Program-made: the position numbers and the translations under genes
The notes under the pieces: model-generated
Database searches by the model: none
The model's input: the letters and a program-made list of their open reading frames with translations, nothing else
What the model was told of the DNA's origin: nothing
IMG/VR virus record: IMGVR_UViG_3300023115_000018
Span: 1-64,000 of that record
Reading direction: 5' to 3' (one strand)
DNA: 64,000 bases
Origin: a virus
Lineage: Duplodnaviria; Caudoviricetes
Part shown: positions 27,901 to 36,300 of the stretch, piece after piece
Numbering within the stretch: the stretch's first letter is position 1
Layout: each line of letters begins with the position of its first letter

Positions 27901-30900
27901 CAAATGACAGAAAATTCCTACATGAAATGACAGAAGCAGATTTTGAATTTGCATTGAAGGCATATACTTTTTATGAAGCGACTGGTGCTTCGCCCTTTTC
28001 TGTTGATTTAGACCACACTGTGTATCCAACTCTTCTTAGTATTCAACCACAACTCACCATTGATGGTACAGTAAATCCATTTAAAGAAGAAATTGAAGAA
28101 TTATGGTTGAGTAATGTTGGCATCGAAACTCCTGCAGAGGTTCCTGTTAAAATTAATGATATCACTGATAGATATACTTTGTTTTCTGGACAAAGACACT
28201 CCATCATTCAGTTGGGCGAATTAGAATTAAAGGCTGGTACATTACCGTGTGGTGGCCGTCCTATTATTATTTACTCTTATTTTGAACACGGCGCAGGCGA
28301 TTATGCATCCGTAGACTCATATGTTAATATACCATATCATAAAATCCCAAGTTTTGAGGGTGTCCGATTACACAGTACATTAGATTTTAGACCTGCTGCA
28401 GTTTACCAACAATTATCTGGATACCCATATGGCAAAGGTGTAGTTTCTGGAATTTCTGACTACCCAATTGATGCGAGTGCAATTAGTGCAGATTTGCGTA
28501 TCTATTTTGGTAGAGCAGACAAACTTTACATGGATAAGTTTGGAAACATTAATGTAAAATATGGGGCCCCTTCTGAAACTCCTGTTTTTCCAACAGACCC
28601 AGAAGATGGCATGGTATTGTACACATTAGAAACACTTCCATATACTGGTGTTCCTAAAGATGTAAGTGCCAATATGATCGATAACAGAAGATATACTATG
28701 AGAGATATTGGTAAACTTGATAAGAGAATTACTAATTTGGAATATTATACTTCTTTAAATCTTTTAGAAAAAGAAACTAAAGATTTGTTGGTTACAGATG
28801 AAAATGGACTTGATAGATTTAAGAATGGATTTGTAGTTGAAAACTTTACTGGGTTTGGAACTGCAAATGTTTTTGATTCTGATTTCAATGCCTCTATGGA
28901 TACTGGAAAAGGAGAATTGCGTCCATTTTTTACTACCTCAAACATTCCAATGCATTTAGATGTTGTAAACTCTGAGGGATTTGAAGTTTCGGGTAGATGG
29001 GCAACACTCCCATATACGAGTCAGTTATTAATCGAACAAAGAAAATCTTCAAAAACTGTAAATGTAAACCCATTTGCAATTTTTAGTTTTAAGGGTTCTA
29101 TGGTACTTGTGCCTGCGACAGATAACTGGCATGACGATCCAAAGTATTTGGAAGCAAAAGTTATTGAAGAACGAGGAAACACAGATAATTTTGAAGAACT
29201 TGCACAGAGGGCAGGAATTCTTGGAACCGTTTGGGGGTCTTGGGAAACGACATGGACTGGTACAACTAACGAAAATTCTACTACCTCTAGTCGCACCGAG
29301 TCCAGTGGCAATTTTGACCGTACAGTAACAACTACAACTAATACTTGGAATGATACAGGAACAAGAACAAGATCAGGTGTCACAACATCACTTAATCCAA
29401 AATGGACACCAGTTACAACTGATAAACTGGTTAGTACTGAACAAGTTCCATTTATCCGTACTAGAGATGTATATTTTAAAGCCACTGGGATGAAACCAAA
29501 TACAAAGTTGTTTGCATTCTTTGATAACACGCCTGTGAGTGATTATATTACTCCAATAAAAACATTAAATATTACAAATGTTCCACCAGCAACAGCGCAA
29601 TATATTAAAAACAATAGAAATATATTTGCAGATCAATATGGTGAATTGAAATTGCGTGGACAATCTACTGCACATGAAATCTTTGTTGCAGATATTGATT
29701 ATTTGGATGCTACTTCTTTAAAACTTTATGTATTGGAGACTGTGCCTGGTAAAAATAATACTTCTTTCAGTTTAGGAGAGGTTCTATTCTTAGTTGAACG
29801 AGATGGGAAATCTCATAACATGGGAAGCTTCCCAAATGAAGGTATTGTTGGTGGTTCTGCTTTAAGATCAGACTCAGCTGGTACTGTTCACGGTAACTTT
29901 TCAATTCCAAATAACAACCAAACTCCAAATGATGATGATTTAAAATTCAGAACTGGAGAAAGGGTATTTAAGTTATGCGATCAACCAAACGGAAAACTAG
30001 ATGATTCTGATACGGATTCTAGTGCAACATATGCTGCAAGAGGTATTATTGAAACAAGACAATTAACAACTGTAAAAACAAGAACAGTTGAAATCGTTGA
30101 GTCCGCTACCAGTGAAACAGAAAATGTTGTTTCGGAATTGCGTTCCAGTCCAAATACTAGTTTTGGTAATTGGAGACAGGTTCGTGGATGGGGCGACCCA
30201 CTTGCACAATCATTTTTAGTAGATGTAGAGGGTGGGGCCTTTATCACAAGTGCGGAGATTTTCTTCTCTGCAAAAGACGAAGTTGTTCCAGTGACACTGC
30301 AAATAAGAAATATGGTCAATGGATACCCTGGCCAATATGTACTTGGCGAAAAGATGTTAGATCCAAAACAAGATTTAATTCAACTTTCGGATGATGGTTC
30401 TTTAGAAACAATATTTACCTTTGATGAACCAGTATATTTGGAAGAGGCAACAGAATACTGCCTTGTATTAATTGCAAATACGCAAGGATATAGAGTTCAT
30501 GTTGCAACATTAGGACAAGAGGCACTTGATGGATCTGGAATTATTTCAGAACAACCTTATGCTGGTGTTTTCTTTAAATCTCAAAATGCTTCTACATGGA
30601 CTGCAGAACAAAATGAAGATTTAAAATTCACACTTTCTAGAGCAAAATTTGATATTAATAGAGATAGTAGTCTATACTTTACAAATTCCGAAATTGATGT
30701 TGGAATGTCAGACATTAATGTTATGGAGAGAATATTCGATGATAATTCGATGTTTGTCCATAAAGATAGTTCTCTCATTACATTTAAAGTAAATGATAGT
30801 TCTGGGTGTGTTCCTACAAGTTTCTGGCAACCAAACGGATATAATTATGTCACTCTTAAAAATTTCCATGGAACTTACGACCAATATAGTGCTGCAGATT

Positions 30901-31871
30901 TAAATGGTTCGCATTTGGTTGTTGCAACAACTCATAATTCGTTTACTATCGATATGAGAGGTTTTTTCTATCCAGAAGGAGTGCAGTCAGCAAGAATTGC
31001 TCATGGTGGAACTATTCCATCAGTTGACTCTATATTTACTCCTGCATCAAATACATTTTCGCAGTTTAGACAAAAGAAACCAGCTAGTTGGTGTACTAAT
31101 ATTAAATATGATTTAATGAAACCTAACATTACATCTGTTGAACTGGCTGGTACTGGTATTTCGATGAAATTTAAAGCATTGACAGGTACATCGCAGGATT
31201 CGACAGAGGCGCCAGGGGTTAAAGACTTAAGTTTCAGAGGAATTACACCAAATCAAAACTATACATTTAATAGACCAATGATGGTTGCAGACAATTATAA
31301 TGAGACCGTTTTTGATACATCTACGAATTCCCTTGACAAAAAGTCATTGATCTGGAAGATAGACTTAGTTTCTAATAAGGACAATCTGAGTCCTATTATT
31401 GACTTAGAAAGAATTGCTGCCGTATTGGTATCTAATGTAACAAATAGTGCTGAAAATGTCCCTAGTGGAGTTAGAGGACATGTCAATACTGGATTTGTTG
31501 ATGAAACGAGTCCACACGGTGGTTCAGCTGCAACTAAGTATATGACAAGGGAAATTAAATTAGATCAGTCATCAACATCACTAAAAGTTATGGGTTCGGT
31601 TTATCGCCCAGATGTGACGGATGTAGATTTTTATTACAAAATTAAAACATCCCCAGACCAAAATTTTGAAAAACTTGATTATGTACTACTTGACCGTCCC
31701 GCCGTTTATAGTAAGGCATCTAAAGATATTTCAGACTATAAAGAATTTGATTATGAAGTAAGAAACTTGCCAGAATTTAATTCTGTAGCAATCAAAATTG
31801 TTCTTAAGAGTAAAAACTCTAGTGTTGTACCAAAAGTCAGAGACTTTAGAGTTATTGCATTGGCAACTTAA
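24936..31871 (+). CDS. Large virion structural protein, VrlC/DUF4815-like
   Basis: NLNVTPYHDDYD..KGYLRVLYKPG..VQARELTQ.Q, APGADRY, LARRTYDESGDY, NRRYTMRDIGKLDKRI.NLEYYTSL, DRFKNGFVVENF, DPLAQSF, FFKSQNASTW, VPKVRDFRVIALA. Confidence 0.88.
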   Translation: MAINLNVTPYHDDYDIDKGYLRVLYKPGNSVQARELTQQQTILQQQIANMGDHFFKEGSMVIPGSSAVDVAVPYIKVTLAEGLTTAAEFVGKVIQGNKTGIRAIVISYADAVDLNQDAQIDDNDEPTTLFVKYLDGVAGGQRVVDGVTLEIDDENGIDFVVNGNTVNLKEGDTSSFVEGEVLTASNDDGLNLIATVALSSDHADPLGKGSLAFVEEGIYYTQGFMVKNQSQSVILDKYDDTPSYKIGFEIQETVVSANEDPSLFDNAQGTTNYNAPGADRYRINLVWSKRTLDTPTTDNFIEIITVQDGIIKTHVRNTEYSVITDVLARRTYDESGDYTVRPFNLDIREYFKENGNGGVYTMKNFEFDTEVAAKDFALKNFADEDGMVDQNGNGLAHTVSALELVQFSDQNLDSTGLKYYPGSSHQFLVDAVRNYLALGVESGKAYVRGYEITKTATTYIPYKRSRENYQVNNHYIPVDLGPYIYITDAKGLPLIDEEVKLINVNTSSIITEDYVVVTSNLDDADTAYFQPVTYDEDLTFFAGGGTNLGANAYGIDVIAKAKVKAVEYFTDSDDDAIDDNYGTSTFRPSNTSVETGIWKVFLYDIEYEINPRTNVPYTMLDARSIVSNEEVVPTTLGSSIYRFGANVLTLMSLSDVQGQFTLKSLIYDRYDRDVRAINYYYNSADQFLLVKNLNSGNGLTTESGVLPSATFVTNELINEAIASGSSGTDTTSFDGNASADMTGTQARITGKFVLLSDGGASIIDTGKRFLQTVRYVDDESGRETVDTQYDVLKVFEDQTVTANGQIVLTATDDNSYFISTQSLYLAFDRADLNSSVGEIGRISTISFSSDRRTATLNVANLAAGTTGVTVYAPIKKTSSREKIKTLRENQLHLPYTLVDAIGQTIGQTDYDNVNDANNDTSLSYDVDLLGSNSSVATGVVNSSIPTGANNDLILSVSNFQLPHSDVYEIKKIYDTCNVNNTSYRISIESNDRKFLHEMTEADFEFALKAYTFYEATGASPFSVDLDHTVYPTLLSIQPQLTIDGTVNPFKEEIEELWLSNVGIETPAEVPVKINDITDRYTLFSGQRHSIIQLGELELKAGTLPCGGRPIIIYSYFEHGAGDYASVDSYVNIPYHKIPSFEGVRLHSTLDFRPAAVYQQLSGYPYGKGVVSGISDYPIDASAISADLRIYFGRADKLYMDKFGNINVKYGAPSETPVFPTDPEDGMVLYTLETLPYTGVPKDVSANMIDNRRYTMRDIGKLDKRITNLEYYTSLNLLEKETKDLLVTDENGLDRFKNGFVVENFTGFGTANVFDSDFNASMDTGKGELRPFFTTSNIPMHLDVVNSEGFEVSGRWATLPYTSQLLIEQRKSSKTVNVNPFAIFSFKGSMVLVPATDNWHDDPKYLEAKVIEERGNTDNFEELAQRAGILGTVWGSWETTWTGTTNENSTTSSRTESSGNFDRTVTTTTNTWNDTGTRTRSGVTTSLNPKWTPVTTDKLVSTEQVPFIRTRDVYFKATGMKPNTKLFAFFDNTPVSDYITPIKTLNITNVPPATAQYIKNNRNIFADQYGELKLRGQSTAHEIFVADIDYLDATSLKLYVLETVPGKNNTSFSLGEVLFLVERDGKSHNMGSFPNEGIVGGSALRSDSAGTVHGNFSIPNNNQTPNDDDLKFRTGERVFKLCDQPNGKLDDSDTDSSATYAARGIIETRQLTTVKTRTVEIVESATSETENVVSELRSSPNTSFGNWRQVRGWGDPLAQSFLVDVEGGAFITSAEIFFSAKDEVVPVTLQIRNMVNGYPGQYVLGEKMLDPKQDLIQLSDDGSLETIFTFDEPVYLEEATEYCLVLIANTQGYRVHVATLGQEALDGSGIISEQPYAGVFFKSQNASTWTAEQNEDLKFTLSRAKFDINRDSSLYFTNSEIDVGMSDINVMERIFDDNSMFVHKDSSLITFKVNDSSGCVPTSFWQPNGYNYVTLKNFHGTYDQYSAADLNGSHLVVATTHNSFTIDMRGFFYPEGVQSARIAHGGTIPSVDSIFTPASNTFSQFRQKKPASWCTNIKYDLMKPNITSVELAGTGISMKFKALTGTSQDSTEAPGVKDLSFRGITPNQNYTFNRPMMVADNYNETVFDTSTNSLDKKSLIWKIDLVSNKDNLSPIIDLERIAAVLVSNVTNSAENVPSGVRGHVNTGFVDETSPHGGSAATKYMTREIKLDQSSTSLKVMGSVYRPDVTDVDFYYKIKTSPDQNFEKLDYVLLDRPAVYSKASKDISDYKEFDYEVRNLPEFNSVAIKIVLKSKNSSVVPKVRDFRVIALAT

Positions 31872-31883
31872 TTGGAGATTGTA

Positions 31884-32084
31884 ATGAGACTAAAAGTTAA
31901 AGGTAATAAAGACCTTGTTAGAGATACGAACTCGCAAGCGATAATAAATACTGATAACAATGGTTATAATAATTTTATTAGAAGGTCTAATGCACTTAAA
32001 AGGCGTGACGAAGAAATAAGAGACTTACAACAAGAAATGAATGAAATAAAAAACACACTAAACTTAATATTGGAGAAACTTTAA
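31884..32084 (+). CDS. Conserved small coiled-coil protein following VrlC-like gene
   Basis: LKVKGNKDLVRDTNSQAIINTD...EMNEIKNTLNLILEK; GGAG at 31874-31877 favours ATG 31884 over TTG 31872. Confidence 0.75.
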   Translation: MRLKVKGNKDLVRDTNSQAIINTDNNGYNNFIRRSNALKRRDEEIRDLQQEMNEIKNTLNLILEKL

Positions 32085-33281
32085 ATGGCCGTAGAATATC
32101 CATCCCTTGTAGATGTGTTGACAACAGACACTTTTGAAGAGTGGAGAGTCAAAACCAATAATTTGAAAGTCTATGCGGAAGCAGCGGCTGCAAATATTGG
32201 TAATCTTGCATTCTTAGAAACTGATGCACAATCTACAATCGTTGATGCAATCAACGAAGTAAACACTCATACAGATATCAATACTAGAAATATTGGTAAT
32301 ATGTCTAATCTTGACCCAGAAAATCGTGGGTGGAGAAGAGAGAATCTTGTAGACACCATTAATGCAGAAAATCAATGGTCTGTAGAATATACAGACGATG
32401 AAGTAGAAAAAGAAAGAAACGCACGAATTGCAGCAGATAATGCCTTACAGGCAGAATTAGATGTAACCCAAAATGCTGCTGGATTAAATGCTGACGGAAC
32501 ATATTCATTACTTTCTACGGCAACGTATGTTCCTTCTGCGACTAGTCTTAGACAGGGAATCAGTCTTTTAGATACCACTTTGAAAACTAAATCTGATTTA
32601 TTAGATAGATTAAATCTTACAGTTGGTGGTGGTGCTCTTACAGGACAGTTTGATTATGATGGTTTGGGTGTTAATTATCTTTCTACAGACAGTGATAATA
32701 ATGCAGTAGTAAAGACAAATCTTGTTGAATTGGATAGTGCAGTAAAAGTTAATGAGGACGATATCACTTCATTAGAATCTAGAGCAACCAGATTAGAAAC
32801 TGTACAAAACTTCTTGAAATACGCAGTGGGTACAAATAATGATGGTGTGTATGAGGAAGAGTTATTAAATAATTTTGCAACCCATGATACTGTAAGAGAA
32901 AACATAGGCGCTCTGGATTTCAACTTGAAATTTGTCAGTGATGAAGTTTTTGGAAGTCTTAAAGATAGAGTTGACAATATTATAACCGAATTAGAAACCA
33001 AAGAAGATAAGTTGGTTGTAAGAGGGACGGCCGGTGATGCAGACCCACTTGGTAATTTGTTGAGTGGAGTTGGCGATACCACTTCAATTGTTAATGCTAT
33101 TAATGCACTATATCTCCAAGTACTTCCATTGATTCAAGATCATAATGCGGGCGGATACGTTAAGAAAACTGGCGATACAATGTCTGGAACACTAAGAATT
33201 GAAGGTGCAGATCTCAAAGTTACTGGAAATCAGTCGTTAAAAATTGAATGTAGTGGTGACATTATTGCATTCCAAGTTTAA
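32085..33281 (+). CDS. Fibre protein (coiled-coil shaft, beta tip)
   Basis: TDTFEEWRVKTN N-terminal anchor motif, IVDAINE/IVNAINAL repeats, YVKKTGDTMSGTL, ends GDIIAFQV. Confidence 0.72.
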   Translation: MAVEYPSLVDVLTTDTFEEWRVKTNNLKVYAEAAAANIGNLAFLETDAQSTIVDAINEVNTHTDINTRNIGNMSNLDPENRGWRRENLVDTINAENQWSVEYTDDEVEKERNARIAADNALQAELDVTQNAAGLNADGTYSLLSTATYVPSATSLRQGISLLDTTLKTKSDLLDRLNLTVGGGALTGQFDYDGLGVNYLSTDSDNNAVVKTNLVELDSAVKVNEDDITSLESRATRLETVQNFLKYAVGTNNDGVYEEELLNNFATHDTVRENIGALDFNLKFVSDEVFGSLKDRVDNIITELETKEDKLVVRGTAGDADPLGNLLSGVGDTTSIVNAINALYLQVLPLIQDHNAGGYVKKTGDTMSGTLRIEGADLKVTGNQSLKIECSGDIIAFQV

Positions 33282-33309
33282 TTAATTAGTAAGAGAAGAG
33301 AATTCTAAC

Positions 33310-36300
33310 ATGGCAATACCAGCAGACGGCAGACTGAAAATGACGCACATTGTTGCGGAGTTTAAACCAGTAAATAACTCCGCACCCCATTCTCTGTCCG
33401 AATATTATAGAGGTGGTGGTAATGTTCCAGATAGATTTAATAATAGAAATATTCCTGTTGGGCCCAGAGGGCGTACAATAAAATATTCTGATTTCCGTGG
33501 AACATCTGATGCAACACTTCCTTATAATATTTTAATTCCTACCATATGTGTTGAAGACGCATGGAAATATATGCGCCTTAGAGATGGAACATTTATGACT
33601 AGGTGGGATCAGATTAATGATAATAATACCGTCTATTTCACAAGAAATGAAGAACTTGGTTCTGTAAGAATTGATACTCCACAAGATTGGGAATATGTTA
33701 AGTTAACTATTCCTGCAATGAGTTTCAAGATGGGAACTGAAGAAGGATTTGAGCAAGTTGGGTATGAACAACACTGGTCTAACAAAGTAGACAATCAACA
33801 AGTCTTTGAGGCTGGTGATTGGAAAATTAGAATTCCAAAAGGATACAGAAGACTTAGAATTTTAGCAACTGGTGCTGGTGGTTCTGGTTCTTCACAATAT
33901 ATTCCTGGCCAACCTACTGTAGAAGATTATGTTCGTGAAGGATTGGTAGGTACGGAAGACCAAGGATTTGATGGCGAAGACACAACTATTACAATGCCAA
34001 ATAATCAGAAGATTAAAATTTTTGGTGGTATTGGTGGTAAACTTTCAAATGCAACAGGAGAGTCTACAACAAGAAGTGGCGAGACTACTGATACACTTCA
34101 AACAGAGACTGGAACAGTAACACTTGCAAGTGGTTTTTCAGAAACTGATTATGCCGAAGGTAAGTACAATGGTTCATATATTTTAGAAATTAATAACTCA
34201 AACTACCAATTTTATTGGCAAAACCAACTTCTTGCAACATCAAATGATATTTCAGAAGATGTTAGAGATAGTTCTGGTTGGTTGTATACTTCAACTTCTG
34301 AAGTTATTGATGAAGATCCTCAAGGTACATTAAAGTGGTATAAGATATCTAGAGTTAAAAGTTTAGAAGTCTCTGCAGAAGTTACGGATAGAATATACAA
34401 TAGTATGTTGGAAAGAAACGCTAATGCAACAGAGAAATCTAGACATGTAAACTCAGATACTGTGGTGGATGTCATTCGTTATATACAGGGAACAAGAACT
34501 GGATTTGTTGATGTTATCGCTGCAAACCCAGACTTTGGCCCGAATACATTTGGAACGCCAGACGGATTTAGATATTTACTTGCTCAAGCAAGTAGTTTGT
34601 CTACAAGTACAACAACGAATATTCCAAACTATTCTGGCACCGATACTGGTACTATTAATACCAGTGGTAATCTCTATCAACACAAAGTTTATGCAGAAAA
34701 TGGTACAACTGCCAATAATAATCAAACAACAACTACAACTATATCAAATGTGGTTGATAATTTACTTTTGACTTTTGAACATCTTGGTGATACCACTTAT
34801 GCATACAATGCGAGTTTTATTTTCCCAATTAGAACTGTCCGAGGCACAATCTCTAGTGGATTTCCTGCACTGGGAGAATATGTATTTACAGATACCGATG
34901 GCCAGAATTACTACAGAGGCGGAAGAATTGGCACAACTGATGAATCCACCGAGGTAACGTTTACCGCCTGGACTGCACCTACACAAACCACTGAAGTAAC
35001 ATCTACTACCGCAAATACTCCTATTGCAGCAAATTCTGCCGCAACAGATTCTGAGTTTATTGTTTCAAGTAGTGGTAATTTTTATTATGAATATAATGCA
35101 TACTTACAAAATACTACGCAGAGTGTTCGCCCAGAATTAGAAATTTATGTGAACGGTGTTCGTCAAGTTAATTATACTGGATCAAGTGCTCCCACTCTAA
35201 CAGGAAATCAAGGAGAAATTAGACTTGCTTCTGGTAGATTGAATATTACAAATCCAGACTCTACAGTTAGAGTTGTTACTGATTTAAAAACAGTAACAAC
35301 ATCTACAATTTCACCAGAAATTGATGGGGGTGGATTTAGCACTTTAGCTCGAAGCGGAACACACGATTTACCACTTGGTGCAACTGGCCTGCCCGCTGGG
35401 AAGGGCATCTTTATTTGGGGCCATAATTTTTATAAGTCTGCGAAACTATACACTGATACTAATGGAAATGTCAGTGTTACTCACGGATCATCTTCTGATC
35501 CTGAAAAATGGTTCTTTATGACAACAGAAGAAGATGCAGGACAATTTACAACTGCGGCTAGATCCGATACAACTCGAATATTTGTAGGTGTCCACAACGC
35601 TGGAAAATCAGTATATGTTTGGGGTTTTAATATTTTCCGATCATATACCTTTAGTGTCGATAATGATGGTTACTTTTCTTTCATGCATCCATCATCAAGT
35701 GATAATGAAATGTGGTATTATGCGATTGGTAAAAGAGGCGCAAACTTTACAACCCCAGATGAGTCTGGAACTTATACATTAAATCTTGGCCCTGATTACG
35801 CTGGAATGGAAGTTCTACTTTGGACAAAAAACTTCTGGGGGATAAACGGACGTAATACGCCTACCGCTACTAGTCCTGCCCCAAGACATCTTGTTTTTGA
35901 CTCTGAGGGTAAGGTTGAATTGTCCCATTGGTCATCTTCAGATGATGAACAGTGGTACTGGTGTGTTACAGATGGTGGTGCTGTGTCTCAACCAACAGGT
36001 GTTGGTGGAATTTCAATGAATAGTTTCACACTAGAAACTTCACTGGACACAGATACAATCGATAAAATTTATCAAAAATATGTTGGAAGAAACTCTAATA
36101 TAATTGACAGAGACCTTTTCCGTCAACAAAATTATACAGTATTCGAAGGAATCAATTATGTTGTTGGTACTGCCGAATACGCCGCACAATTTGGATCTAC
36201 AGTTACGGAACCACCTGTCGTAATACCTGGCCAGGGAACTATACCCAGAAAGAGTGAACTGATTAGTGTTACTGGTGGGGTTGCGACAAATAGAACTTAC

